A stretch of DNA of 64,000 bases from an uncultured delta proteobacterium (GTDB lineage: Bacteria; Desulfobacterota; Syntrophia; Syntrophales; UBA2185): assembly GCA_963695875.1 (NCBI GenBank), contig CAVOID010000003.1:398892-462891 (forward strand), read 5' to 3'. The number at the start of each line of letters is the position of its first letter. Within the stretch, counting starts at the first letter, position 1. The notes below the pieces were generated by a model. That model ran no database searches, had not been told where the DNA came from, and saw only the letters and a program-made list of their open reading frames with translations. Positions 22,102 through 32,805 of this stretch are shown here, one piece after another. Both the position numbers and the translations under genes were made by a program.

Positions 22102-22932
22102 GTGAGAACCGAGTTCTGGAAGAGATTTTCAAAAAACAAGATCGCCTTGGCCGGGAGCTGCGTTGTTATTCTGTTGTTTATAATTTCCATCCTCGCGCCA
22201 TGGCTTTCTCCTTACGATCCCAATCAGATTAATCTTAAGCTTGTACTATCGCCGCCTTCCGGCAGTCACCTGTTTGGGACGGATCAGCTGGGCCGGGATG
22301 TCCTGTCAAGGATGATCTGGGGGGCCAGGATATCACTGAAGGTGGGGTTTGTGGCTACGGGTATCGCCATCCTGATCGGGGCCGTTCTGGGCGCTGTAGC
22401 GGGGTATTACGGAAGGTGGATAGATGCTGTGATTATGAGGTTCGTGGATATAATGCTCTGCTTCCCGACATTCTTCCTCATTTTGGCTGTAATTGCAATC
22501 CTTGAACCATCTATCTGGAACATCATGATCATCATCGGCCTGACCGGTTGGATGGGGATCACGCGCCTTGTCCGTGCAGATTTCACATCCCTGAAAGAGA
22601 GGGATTTCGTGCTTGCAGCCAGGGCGATCGGCGCCGGCGATTTCCGGATTATCTTTATACATATTCTTCCTAACGCCATGGCATCCGTACTTGTTGCCGC
22701 GACACTGGGTGTTGCCGGTGCTATTCTCACGGAGTCCGCCCTCAGTTTTCTGGGTATCGGCGTTCAGCCTCCCACACCAAGCTGGGGGAATATTCTCACG
22801 GCTGGTAAGGATAACATCGATATCGCCTGGTGGCTTTCCTTCTATCCCGGTTTAGCCATCCTGATTACCGTCCTCGGGTACAATCTCCTGGGTGAAGGAA
22901 TACGGGATTCTCTGGATCCGAGACTCAGATGA
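22102..22932 (+). CDS. Peptide/nickel ABC transporter permease, DppC/OppC type
   Basis: FGTDQLGRDVLSR, HILPN, LSFLGIGVQPPTPSWG, GEGIRD.LDPR. Confidence 0.92.
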   Translation: MRTEFWKRFSKNKIALAGSCVVILLFIISILAPWLSPYDPNQINLKLVLSPPSGSHLFGTDQLGRDVLSRMIWGARISLKVGFVATGIAILIGAVLGAVAGYYGRWIDAVIMRFVDIMLCFPTFFLILAVIAILEPSIWNIMIIIGLTGWMGITRLVRADFTSLKERDFVLAARAIGAGDFRIIFIHILPNAMASVLVAATLGVAGAILTESALSFLGIGVQPPTPSWGNILTAGKDNIDIAWWLSFYPGLAILITVLGYNLLGEGIRDSLDPRLR

Positions 22933-22992
22933 GGGAATTTTCCGCGATATTATTTTCCGTTCAGCAAAAGGTGTTATTCTTTTCTCAGTCCA

Positions 22993-23844
22993 TTAAACCG
23001 CTTCCCAGCGCGCAATTGCCTCCACAGCCATGCAGCGACCCTGCTCATAACCTTCCTGAAGGATGACGCGATTATGGCTTAGTCGCGACACACGAAAGTT
23101 CTCGGGCGGACAAACTTCAACGATGGATACGCCGTCCGGCGGCTTGCGGATGAGCGCCACCGATTCGTTATAGTGCCGGACACGCTTCGCCATCGCCTGT
23201 TGCAGCATGGGGTAACGCCCCACGCGCCAGCGCATGAAGAAATCAAACAGTCCCTGACGCTTAACGTAGTCTAGACGCCGTGACCGAAGGACCATAATGC
23301 GGCTGGCCCCACGATAAATTGCCTCACCCACCGGTATTGCATCCGCTACCCCGCCATCTGTCGTCTGTCGTCCGTCGACCATCGGGTAATCCCTGTAAAA
23401 AAGCGGCATGGCGCTGGAAGCTTTAAGAACATGCTCAAGATCCCGGGAACTGGTTATCTTGTAGATTGCCTCGCCTGTTTGCGTATCGGTCAAGACAACT
23501 ATAAAGGGTTTGTTTTTGGCATAAATCTTCTGCAAGTCAAGACGGATTTCCCGGATGGTGATATTCCAGAGCCAGTCAAGGTCTATCAGATGACTGCCGC
23601 GAAAAAACCTGGTAAAACTGATAAACTCCGGCCGTAACGAATAGTCTATGTAGATACTGCTGTTGCGGCCGATCATTTCGGCAAGGTATGCCGCGAGGTT
23701 GGATGCACCCGAAGAAACCCCTATATAAAAATCAAAGGGATTGAATTGCGCTTCGAGAAAGCCGTCCATAACCCCTGTGGAGAAGACTCCTCGCAGCGCG
23801 CCTCCCTCTACGACCAACGCCGTATCTAATGGTTGATTTGACAA
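22993..23844 (-). CDS. Patatin family protein, YjjU-like
   Basis: VVEGGALRGVFSTGV, GVSSGA (GxSxG), DGG. Confidence 0.88.
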   Translation of the reverse strand: MSNQPLDTALVVEGGALRGVFSTGVMDGFLEAQFNPFDFYIGVSSGASNLAAYLAEMIGRNSSIYIDYSLRPEFISFTRFFRGSHLIDLDWLWNITIREIRLDLQKIYAKNKPFIVVLTDTQTGEAIYKITSSRDLEHVLKASSAMPLFYRDYPMVDGRQTTDGGVADAIPVGEAIYRGASRIMVLRSRRLDYVKRQGLFDFFMRWRVGRYPMLQQAMAKRVRHYNESVALIRKPPDGVSIVEVCPPENFRVSRLSHNRVILQEGYEQGRCMAVEAIARWEAV

Positions 23845-24013
23845 CGTTTCAAACCGAGAATTTCTATGGCTACTTCGTGGCGGTATTTATAAACCTCCCG
23901 AACCGGTCCAGGCCGAGGGAGTTAAAACCACCGTAACTCTTGCAGCAGCATCCGATGAACCGCACCGCAGTCTGGTCACGGCTATTAGCATGCCCATGCA
24001 GCAGGATTGAACC

Positions 24014-24964
24014 CTACTGGGCCTGATTGATGGCGGATAGCTGCCATCTGTTGTTTCCTGCGGGCCTGGTAAAAGTCCAGTATTCCTCGAATTTCACAGG
24101 CTCTGTTTTGCTTCCCGACAATAATTCGCCATTTTCGCTTACTGTGTAATCCAGAAGGCTGGCCAGGAATCTAACGGTAATAAAGTCAATGCCTCCTTCC
24201 TGCCATGCTTCGGTGATGTCCACGGATCTGACTGCAATGTTATCAAGTTTGTTGATCTTCTTTTCTGCTTTCAGTTTATCAGCATCCCTCTGAAAAATCC
24301 CGAACATCTCCTCTGTAAGAATATCTTTCACACTGGCCATGTCACGGTTGATCCACGCGCCCTGAATCTTGAAGAAATTATCCATGCAGAGATCGGAGAA
24401 TCTGGCTTTGTCAAAAGAGGAGTCCAATTGTCGAATATGGCTGATTCCTGTTTGAACGTCACTTTCAGTAAACCCCTGAGATTGAGAAGAAGGTGAATAT
24501 GGTGTCTGCCGTTCCATGGAGGGAGCTGTGCCTGTCTGATAATAAGTCCCGGCTGCAGATTCCGCCTGTTTCTTTCTTCTGAAATATGAATACAGGAAAT
24601 AAAGAAGACCACCAATGAGGATAATCTCTAAAAGCCCGATGCCGCTTCCGCCAAAACCGCCCATGCCCATACCACCGAAAAGCAGACTGCCCAGAAAGCC
24701 GCCCGCTACGCCCATGGCGAGACCTCTCCAAATGCTCGGCTGCTGTATCTGAGGACTCGTCGGTTGTGATGGAGGTGTCGTTTGGCGGGACGGGGATGAA
24801 GATGAGTAAGGACTGCTTGGTGAGCTGTATGAACGGGAACCCCGGCTGCCTGAAGATGTTCCCCCTCCTACCCTGGCAAAAACATCCAGTTCTGTTATCC
24901 ATATGAAAAGAAACATAAATGTAAAAAGTGTTATTCCTATTTTTGACCATTTTCCTGAAAACAT
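24014..24964 (-). CDS. Tim44 domain-containing protein
   Basis: ARVGGG.S.GSRGSRSYS, Gly-rich TM, FFKIQ.AW, EYWTF.R...W.LSAI.Q. Confidence 0.88.
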   Translation of the reverse strand: MFSGKWSKIGITLFTFMFLFIWITELDVFARVGGGTSSGSRGSRSYSSPSSPYSSSSPSRQTTPPSQPTSPQIQQPSIWRGLAMGVAGGFLGSLLFGGMGMGGFGGSGIGLLEIILIGGLLYFLYSYFRRKKQAESAAGTYYQTGTAPSMERQTPYSPSSQSQGFTESDVQTGISHIRQLDSSFDKARFSDLCMDNFFKIQGAWINRDMASVKDILTEEMFGIFQRDADKLKAEKKINKLDNIAVRSVDITEAWQEGGIDFITVRFLASLLDYTVSENGELLSGSKTEPVKFEEYWTFTRPAGNNRWQLSAINQAQ

Positions 24965-25226
24965 ATTTATTTCCTCCTTGCGGCGACTTGTCCCGTTCAC
25001 GCGAATCGATGGACTGGAAGATAATAACGGGACGATAGCGATCGTTTCGAATGGCGATTCTAAAAGATATATACTAAGGTGTCAACATCTGCTTTTCGTT
25101 TTGTTTTTTTTAAACAGATGGTGTATTAGAATCATCTGTCTTAATTTGGTGTGGGGGTTACTCTCGAAGCATCCTAATAATAACCCCTTCAATGGAACAT
25201 TTTACAAAAAAAATCCAGGAGCATTC

Positions 25227-26006
25227 ATGGGTATTGAGCAATTAGACGGAAAAATCGTTGCGGCGGCAGATATGATCGTACGTGCCAGGAGCATCGTGGT
25301 TTTTACAGGTGCCGGAATCAGTACCGAGTCCGGCATCCCTGATTTTCGCAGCCCCGGTGGGATATGGACCAAATTCGATCCGGAAGATTTTACCATCCAG
25401 AAGTTCCTGTCGAGTCCGGAAACCAGGAAAAAACAGTGGAACATCCTACTTGAAGGGGGCCTTATAACAGATGCCAAACCGAACAGGGCTCATCATGCTG
25501 TTGCCGAATTGGAGCAAATGGGCAAGTTGACCTGTGTTGTTACACAGAATATCGATAACCTCCATCAAAAGGCCGGCAACTCTCCGGATAAGGTATATGA
25601 ACTGCACGGCAACATGAGGTACCTAAGATGCATAGACTGCGACGCGCGCTATCCGGTTGGTGAAATAGTGGAAAGATACCGTTTGAAGGATGATGTTCCT
25701 GATTGTGAACTCTGCCATGGGATTTTAAAGCCCGATGTGGTTTTCTTTGGAGAAATGCTCCCTCAAGCGACGCTGAAAAGTGCGACTTTTCACGCAACCA
25801 GGTGCGATCTTATCATTGTCGTCGGCTCGTCTCTGGTCGTCTACCCGGCGGCCTCGATCCCGTTGTATGCCAAAGAGTCAGGGGCCAAACTGGTGATTAT
25901 CAATAATACGCCTACACCCTGCGACGACATCGCCGATGTTATCATCAATCATTCGGCCGGTGAGGTCATGGAAAAGCTACTGGAAGAAGTCAAGAAGAGT
26001 CTGTAG
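25227..26006 (+). CDS. NAD-dependent protein deacylase, Sir2/CobB family
   Basis: FTGAGISTESGIPDFR, TQNIDNLH, ELHG, two CxxC, KPDVVFFGE, GSSLVVYPA; SD AGGAG before ATG 25227. Confidence 0.95.
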   Translation: MGIEQLDGKIVAAADMIVRARSIVVFTGAGISTESGIPDFRSPGGIWTKFDPEDFTIQKFLSSPETRKKQWNILLEGGLITDAKPNRAHHAVAELEQMGKLTCVVTQNIDNLHQKAGNSPDKVYELHGNMRYLRCIDCDARYPVGEIVERYRLKDDVPDCELCHGILKPDVVFFGEMLPQATLKSATFHATRCDLIIVVGSSLVVYPAASIPLYAKESGAKLVIINNTPTPCDDIADVIINHSAGEVMEKLLEEVKKSL

Positions 26007-26032
26007 ACTAAAAAGATGCCCTGGGAATTAGT

Positions 26033-26569
26033 ATGCCGAGCGTGCAAGTAACAGAGACGGAAAGGTTGAAATTGGTCCCTCTTGACTTTGAGAGCATGAA
26101 TCCTGACGACCATCCGAAAATTGAGCAGAGACTGGGCCTGCAACTGGCCAGTATGATCTTAGGTGAACAGATCGACAGGGAGATCAAAGCAGCCATGAGA
26201 GCCTCTCTGGAGAATGTCATAAGAGATAAAAAGCAGGACCAATGGTATGCTGACTGGCAGAGCGTTCTGATTATACTGAAGGAAGAGAATGCAATCATAG
26301 GAGGATTCTGTTTCCAGAGATATCCTGATAAACATGGCTCAGTTCAAATCGGTTATATGATCCGACCCGAGTATCAGAGAAACGGATACATGACGGAGGC
26401 GCTGAAGCAGGGAATTTCATGGATATTTGAACGTCCCGACATATTATCCCTGCTCGCGCAAACAACGAAGTCCAACCTACCGTCTCACAGGGTTCTGGAA
26501 AAGATAGGCATGACAGTGTATGAAGAAACGGCGAAAAGCCTCTGGTGGAAGATCGAGAAATGTGCCTGA
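26033..26569 (+). CDS. GNAT N-acetyltransferase, RimJ/RimL-like
   Basis: ETERLKL, IGY.I.PEYQRNGYMTEA, N.PS.RVLEK.G. Confidence 0.88.
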   Translation: MPSVQVTETERLKLVPLDFESMNPDDHPKIEQRLGLQLASMILGEQIDREIKAAMRASLENVIRDKKQDQWYADWQSVLIILKEENAIIGGFCFQRYPDKHGSVQIGYMIRPEYQRNGYMTEALKQGISWIFERPDILSLLAQTTKSNLPSHRVLEKIGMTVYEETAKSLWWKIEKCA

Positions 26570-27330
26570 TCCTTTTATCCTACAGGATGCATGACAGGTA
26601 TCCCTTTATCCTTGCAGCAAATCGGGATGAGTTTTACGCAAGGCCATCGGCAGCGGTATCTTTATGGAATGATGCGCCGGGTGTGATTGCGGGCAAGGAC
26701 CTGCAGAGAGGAGGCACATGGCTGGGAATTACGAAAACGGGGCGTCTCGCCATGCTTACCAACTACCGTGAACGGACCCCTTTTGGGCAAAATGCGCCTT
26801 CACGGGGATGGCTGGTGAGAAATTTCCTCTGCGGTCAGGAGGAGCCAAAAACTTATCTTGAAAAGATGGAAGTTGAAAAGGCTGAATATAACGGTTTCAG
26901 TCTGATTCTGGGAGATATGCATCATCTGCACTACATATCGAACCGGGGGGACACGTTGGAATTATCGCCGGGTCTATACGGTCTGAGCAACCGGCTTCTC
27001 GATACGCCCTGGCCTAAGATTAAGCGTGGGAAAGAAGCCTTCGGATCATTACTTTCCAAGTCAGACAATCCCCTTCCGGAAGATATCTTCCGCATTCTAT
27101 CAGATCGATCAAAGCCGAGCGATGAAGAACTTCCCGACACAGGAGTCGGACTGGAATGGGAGCGGATTCTTTCTTCCATATTTATAACGAGCCCCAGCTA
27201 TGGCACGCGCTCCTCTTCGGTTATTATGATTGACAGGAGAAACCACGTCATGTTTATAGAGAGAGTATTTGATAACCATCCTGATCCATGGATGGAGGCA
27301 AAATTTGAATTCAGGATTCATGAGAAATAG
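26560..27330 (+). CDS. NRDE family protein (TANGO2-like)
   Basis: MCLI..AANRDEFYARP, GGTWLG, SRG.LV, LSN..LDTPWPK, YGTRSS. Confidence 0.93.
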   Translation: MCLILLSYRMHDRYPFILAANRDEFYARPSAAVSLWNDAPGVIAGKDLQRGGTWLGITKTGRLAMLTNYRERTPFGQNAPSRGWLVRNFLCGQEEPKTYLEKMEVEKAEYNGFSLILGDMHHLHYISNRGDTLELSPGLYGLSNRLLDTPWPKIKRGKEAFGSLLSKSDNPLPEDIFRILSDRSKPSDEELPDTGVGLEWERILSSIFITSPSYGTRSSSVIMIDRRNHVMFIERVFDNHPDPWMEAKFEFRIHEK

Positions 27331-27344
27331 AGAGTGCAGACAGC

Positions 27345-27776
27345 ATGTCCAGGCGTGAATATCCCGACGGTCCGATTTGCGGCGTGGGGGCGGTGGTGAT
27401 CAACGAGGGAAAGGTACTTCTGGTAAAGCGGGGCGTCGATCCTAATAGAGGACTATGGGCCATTCCCGGCGGCTCTTTAAAATTGGGCGAAACCCTGCAA
27501 GAAGGAGCCGAACGGGAGATATTGGAAGAAACAGGCATAACCATCAAGGCAAAGGAGCCCGTTTACTCTTTCGATTTTTTTGAGGTAGATGGAAAGGGGC
27601 GGGTTCGTTTTCACTACGTGGTTATTGACTTGATGGCCGATTATATTTGTGGTGAGGTACAGGGCGCTGACGACGCCCTGGAGGCCAGATGGGTGTCTCC
27701 AGAGGAGCTCAAAGACATGCAAGTATCCAAGAATACCCTGAAGATTCTGGATTTCCTGAGGGTTTTTTCTGACTAA
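27345..27776 (+). CDS. Nudix hydrolase, ADP-ribose pyrophosphatase-like
   Basis: Nudix box GGSLKLGETLQEGAEREILEETGI; REYP..P..GVGAV. Confidence 0.9.
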   Translation: MSRREYPDGPICGVGAVVINEGKVLLVKRGVDPNRGLWAIPGGSLKLGETLQEGAEREILEETGITIKAKEPVYSFDFFEVDGKGRVRFHYVVIDLMADYICGEVQGADDALEARWVSPEELKDMQVSKNTLKILDFLRVFSD

Positions 27777-27813
27777 CCTGATAGGTACTGACTTAGATCG
27801 AGGAGGTATAACG

Positions 27814-28560
27814 ATGAAAGTTATTTATCACAAGGATTTCAACCAGTCGTACTGTTCCGATCCCGCTGCTGCGCCTGGACGGATAGAAGCCGTTTACAAA
27901 GCCATCCGTGACAAGGTGACCTTTATAGATGCGATACCTGCAAAGAAAGAAGATATAGCTGCCGTCCATACGCCGTATCACATAGAGAGGGTCAATAGCG
28001 ATGGTATTTACCAGATTGCCGCGCTGGCCGCCGGGGGTGCTGTGCAGGCTGCCGAGATTGGTTTGAAGGAGCCTTGTTTTGCCCTTATACGGCCGCCCGG
28101 ACACCATGCATCAGCCGGAAGCGCATGGGGTTTCTGCTATTTTAATAATATGGCCATAGCACTTGAAAAGTTAAAACGGGGAAACCGGATTAAAAAGGCT
28201 TTTGTTCTGGATTTCGATCTGCACTTCGGGGATGGGACGGTTAATCTTCTTGAAGGCAGCGGTTACGTGTCCATATATAATCCTTCAGCATCTTACCCTG
28301 AAGAATATTTGAAAAGTATAGAGAGCCGTCTCTTTTCAGAAAAGGTTGATATTATAGGTGTCTCTGCCGGCTTTGATAACCATGCGGAAGATTGGGGAGG
28401 GCTTCTCTCCACCGCGGATTACAAAGAGATGGGAAGAATGGTCAGGGAAGCCAGTAATAAGAACGGGGGAGGGTGTTTTGCCATCCTGGAAGGTGGTTAT
28501 AATCACAGTGTACTGGGACAGAACGTGATGGCCTTCATTGAAGGGATGGAGAAATCTTAA
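27814..28560 (+). CDS. Zn-dependent histone deacetylase family protein
   Basis: RPPGHHA, GFCYFNN, DFDLHFGDGT, SAGFD, LEGGY. Confidence 0.93.
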   Translation: MKVIYHKDFNQSYCSDPAAAPGRIEAVYKAIRDKVTFIDAIPAKKEDIAAVHTPYHIERVNSDGIYQIAALAAGGAVQAAEIGLKEPCFALIRPPGHHASAGSAWGFCYFNNMAIALEKLKRGNRIKKAFVLDFDLHFGDGTVNLLEGSGYVSIYNPSASYPEEYLKSIESRLFSEKVDIIGVSAGFDNHAEDWGGLLSTADYKEMGRMVREASNKNGGGCFAILEGGYNHSVLGQNVMAFIEGMEKS

Positions 28561-28594
28561 AAGTAAAAGCAAATCTGCATTGCAGAACAGTTTC

Positions 28595-29973
28595 CTACTT
28601 GCCGATGCAGAAGGTTGAGAATATCCTGTCCAGTACTTCTTCAGTAACTGTTTTTCCCGCGATTTCACCGAGACTCGCAAGAGCCTCCCGTACATCGAAG
28701 GCGGAAAATTCGGGTGAAAGACCGTTGATCATGCTTTCCCTCGCCTTTGAAAGCAGGTCTGCTGTTTTTTCGATGGCTATTTTATGGCGGATGTTGGAGA
28801 CGATATGTGTCGGGTGCCAATCGTCCGTTTGGTTTAAAACAAGCGCGTGGATAGCATCTCTCAATTCAGGTATGCCCTCACCGTATTTTGCGGAGATCCA
28901 TATTGGGGGGTTCACATCAGGTGCAAGTGAGGTCAATTCCCGCTCGTCAAGCGTGTGAGGGAGATCGGCCTTATTGATAACAAGGAGGAATTTATTTGCT
29001 TGACTCCTCGTGATGATTTCCTTATCTTCTTTTGTCAGTGCTTCACTGCCGTCGAGTACAATTATAACCACATCCGCCTGTGAAAGTTTTTCCCATACCA
29101 AATGTAATGCCTTCTTTTTCGATGATATTTTCCGGCTCTCTTATTCCGGCTGTATCGGTGAGTTTTACGGGCACTCCCCTGATGCTGATAATTTCCTCGA
29201 TAAAATCCCTCGTCGTTCCAGGTATGGCGGTTACAATGGCTCGTTTTTCACCAAGAAGCCTGTTTAACAGACTTGACTTACCCACATTTGGCCTTCCTGC
29301 TATTACGGTGCTAATGCCATCCCTGTATATTTTCCCTTCCCGGTATGTCGAGGCAAGTTCATACAGCTCGTCGACAATTGTCCCGGTAACGTCGGCAATT
29401 TCGGAGGGACTGGCCGGGCTCTACGTCTTCATCGGAAAAATCAATGGATGTCTCAAGGAGGGCAAGTATATCAATGATCGATGCGCGGATCGTCTCAATT
29501 TTCTCGGTTAAGTTACCTTTGAGGTGGGAAACAGCCAGTTCGAGCCCCCGGTCTGTTTTCGCCATGATCATGTCAGCGACCGCCTCTGCCTGAGAAAGGT
29601 CGATTCGGTTGTTAAGAAAGGCACGTCTGGTGAATTCTCCGGGTTCCGCAAGACGGGCGCCTGCTTTAATGACTTCGGCAAGCACGGACTGCAGAATGAC
29701 AGAACCGCCATGGCAGTTAATCTCAAGTACGTCTTCACCCGTATAGGTGTGAGGTTTCTCCATGAGAGAGATGAGAACTTCATCAATGATTGTACCTGTT
29801 TCAGGCGAAATGATGTCTCCATGATAGAGCTGATGGCTTTTGAAGCCGTCAGCCTTTTTTGATGATCTAAAGAGGAGGCGGGCGATATCCCTGGCCTTCG
29901 GGCCGCTAATCCGTATTATGCCGATTCCTCCCACGCCGGGAGGTGTGGCTATGGCCGCTATAGTGTCTTCCAA
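28595..29973 (-). CDS. mnmE: tRNA modification GTPase, frameshifted
   Basis: [58 protein letters not shown]. Confidence 0.95.
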
Positions 29974-30014
29974 ACTTGATGGCCTCGTTACAAAGTCAGA
30001 AATTGGGTGGAAAA

Positions 30015-30177
30015 AGACGGCGAAGTGAAACGCGTAAGTTTCAGTGGGTGTCCTTCGACAGGCTCAGGGTAAACTCATCTTGCAAATAAGGTATTCAGAG
30101 ATGTACACTACACGGACTGCCTGGACATACCATCGCAGGTGTAAATTCCGGCTAGGGGACTTTTGATAACGCTGTCA
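30015..30177. repeat. Degenerate inverted-repeat element containing the REP-like unit ccttcgacaggctcagggt
   Basis: Ends gacggcg... / ...cgctgtc; REP-like unit at 30052-30070 recurs inverted at 60281-60300. Confidence 0.5.
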
Positions 30178-30915
30178 AACCCGTCCCTTTTTGACCGGCA
30201 TGATAACAATTTTTCTGAATTCACCTTCGCCCCGGCTTTTTGTGGTCAGCGATTCGTCGTTTTGCAGGGCCAGATGGATGATGCGGCGGTCATGAGCGTT
30301 CATGTGTCCGACAGTTAATGCTTTCTTTGATTTTTTCACTTTTTCTGCCAGATTTGCTGCCAGCGCGATGAGCGATTCTTCCCTTCTTCTTCTATACCCT
30401 TCCGTATCTACAACGATCATTTTCCGGTTATCTGCATACTTACTTACGGCCTTGTTCACAATGTACTGAATAGCATCTAAGTTCTGTCCCCTCTTTCCGA
30501 TAAGTAAACCACTGCCGTCTCCCTTGATATTGAGGATGATCGTATCAGGCGTTTCTTCAATGGTCACGGGACAATCGAGGCTCATCCTGCCCAGGATACC
30601 CTCCAGTATTCTTTTCGCCCTCGTGGCTGGGGTCTCAGCTGATTCTTCCGTTACTACAGATTGATTGAAATCTGAACTGACGGGTGGCTTTTTTGGAGCA
30701 TCTTTTCGAGATTGCTCGTGTGGTGTATCTATCGTCATATCGATGGACATTATGCTTGCCCTAATTTTTGCTTTTTTTGACCCAAGGCCGAGGAATCCCG
30801 ATGCGCCGTCCGAAATGATTTCTATATTAAGCTTTTCCCTTGGAACGTCAAATTCGCTGCAGGCCTTCTCTATGGCCTCATCTATTGTTTTTCCTTCAAT
30901 TTCCAAAGACTCCAT
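30175..30915 (-). CDS. jag: RNA-binding protein Jag/EloR (KH plus R3H)
   Basis: GKTIDEAI, LIGKRGQNLDAIQY, RRIIH..L. Confidence 0.93.
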   Translation of the reverse strand: MESLEIEGKTIDEAIEKACSEFDVPREKLNIEIISDGASGFLGLGSKKAKIRASIMSIDMTIDTPHEQSRKDAPKKPPVSSDFNQSVVTEESAETPATRAKRILEGILGRMSLDCPVTIEETPDTIILNIKGDGSGLLIGKRGQNLDAIQYIVNKAVSKYADNRKMIVVDTEGYRRRREESLIALAANLAEKVKKSKKALTVGHMNAHDRRIIHLALQNDESLTTKSRGEGEFRKIVIMPVKKGRV

Positions 30916-30936
30916 AGCTCTTACCTCAACTTATTG

Positions 30937-32547
30937 TCATCGCTTGTTAATGTAGTACTGCTGCCCGATGCTCAGGATATTTTGAAAGAGCCAGTAAATA
31001 ACAAGACCTGACGGAAAATTTATAAAAAGAAACGTAAAAACAACAGGCATGAGCATCATTAACTTTGCCTGCATGGGATCACCCATAGGGGGACTCATCT
31101 TTTGCTGTATGACCATGGTTGCCCCCATGATAATTGGCGTAATGTAGTAAGGGTCTTTTGCTGACAGATCCTGTATCCACCAGTAAAATGGGGCATGGCG
31201 AAGTTCAATAGAATACATAAGAGCCTTGTATAGACCAAAGAAGACGGGAATCTGAATAACCATTGGCAGACATCCACCCAGGGGGTTTACCTTATGCGTT
31301 TTGTACAGTGCCATTGTTTCCTGGCTCAGCTTGGTCTTGTCGTTTTTGTACTTCTCCCGAAGCTCGGCTATCTTCGGCTGAAGCTTCTGCATCTCCTTCA
31401 TGGATTTGTAGCTCTTATTTCCCAGGGGCCAGAAGATAATCTTTATCAGGATGGTGAGGATGATAATGGCAATGCCGTAGTTGGAGACGTAGTTATTGAG
31501 GAATTTAATGGAGATCAAAAGGGGCATGGCCAGCCACTTCATCCATGAACCGAAATCAATGGCGTTCTCAAGACCGACTCCCTGGGCCTTGAGAAGGTCA
31601 TATTCTTTCGGTCCAAGGTACAATGAATAGCTGAATGACCCGACCTGACCGGGGGGAATAATGTTTTGCGGGCCCTTGAGATCAACGAAAACCATGTTTC
31701 GAGCGTCAACGGACAGGGAAAGGCTTGTCAGCGTCGGGTTCTGCGGTATCATGGAGGCGATAAAATATTTGCTTTCGAACCCGGCCCAGGCTACATCGGG
31801 ACCGAGCAATTTTACGGAATCAAGTTTCTTGACCTCGTAGCGGTCGACTTCATTTGCAATGAAAGAAACGGGTCCTTCATGGCCGTAACTGTCTGTTTCA
31901 GCCTTCGGATCAACGTACTGATCCCAGGAGAGAAGTGCATTCTGATTCAGGGTTACCTTTGATAGGTTGTGCACCTTCACTTCCAAATCAAAGGCATACT
32001 TTCCCGGATAGAAGGTAAAGATTTTTTCTACTTTTATCTCGTTAGGATATGTCTGTGTGAAGATAAGTCTGCGGCTGTCCGGGCCTTGTGTCAAATCAAG
32101 CAGGCTGCTATCTGCCGTGAATATGCTGTCAGGACGGATATCAATATTTGATTCGGGGAAGGTGCTGGTGAGAGGTCTTTGCATACCGTCCATAACATGG
32201 ACGAGTTCTATAGGTTCAGCGTTTGATGTCGAGAGCAGAACGGTAATATTTCAGTTTGTAAGATTTCAGGGTGCCGCCTTTTGTACTGAAGATTGCAGTA
32301 TAAAGGGGTGTTTCTACGGGAATGTCCTTCTCAGGTCGCCGCAACCTTTTGAGACAGGACGGTCCTGGATAGAGCCGGCTTTACCTGTTGCTGGGCTACT
32401 TCTTTTCCGGCCGGTTTTACTTCGGTCGCCGTCTCTTGTTGTACAGACTCTGGCTGTTTGGGGGGTGGTTTTTTTGCAAAAAATAGCCTGCCAGGTGAAA
32501 ATAACGATCAGTGACAGGACTATGGCAAGGACGGTCTTCTTGTCCAT
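30937..32547 (-). CDS. yidC: Membrane protein insertase YidC, frameshifted near the N-terminus
   Basis: MDKKTVLAIVLS, YLGPK, NYGIAII.LT, NPLGGCLP...QIPVF, PSGLVIYW. Confidence 0.95.
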
Positions 32548-32577
32548 TCAATACCTCCGCGCTTTTGCGCTTTAATT

Positions 32578-32802
32578 TTATTTAACTGGATCGTAACCGC
32601 CGGGATAAAAAGGGTGGCACCGAAACAGCCGCATCAGGCCGTAATACGAACCTCTAATCGGTCCGTATCGCCGGATTGCATTTATCGCATATTCGGAGCA
32701 AGATGGGAAAAAGCGGCAACATGGAGTAAAAAGAGGGGATATACATATCTGGTAGACACGAACAAAAATAACAAGAATTTTCCCCAGAATTTGCATAAAC
32801 AT
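32578..32802 (-). CDS. yidD: Membrane protein insertion efficiency factor
   Basis: YQ..ISP...CRF.PSCSEY, RCHPF.PGG.DPV. Confidence 0.93.
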   Translation of the reverse strand: MFMQILGKILVIFVRVYQICISPLFTPCCRFFPSCSEYAINAIRRYGPIRGSYYGLMRLFRCHPFYPGGYDPVK

Positions 32803-32805
32803 AAA

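Noticed and set aside
21116..22932. ABC permease pair lacking adjacent binding protein and ATPase
   Set aside because: Split peptide ABC loci are common; not notable alone
24903..25226. Long N-terminal extension of the sirtuin ORF (367 aa)
   Set aside because: It overlaps the divergent Tim44 gene; an SD-preceded ATG at 25227 gives a normal-length sirtuin
131..32547. Multiple frameshifts in pheT, plsB, priA, rfaE2, mnmE and yidC read as pseudogenes or programmed frameshifting
   Set aside because: They hit essential genes whose motifs are otherwise intact and share no evident slippery site; uncorrected sequencing indels are the simplest explanation
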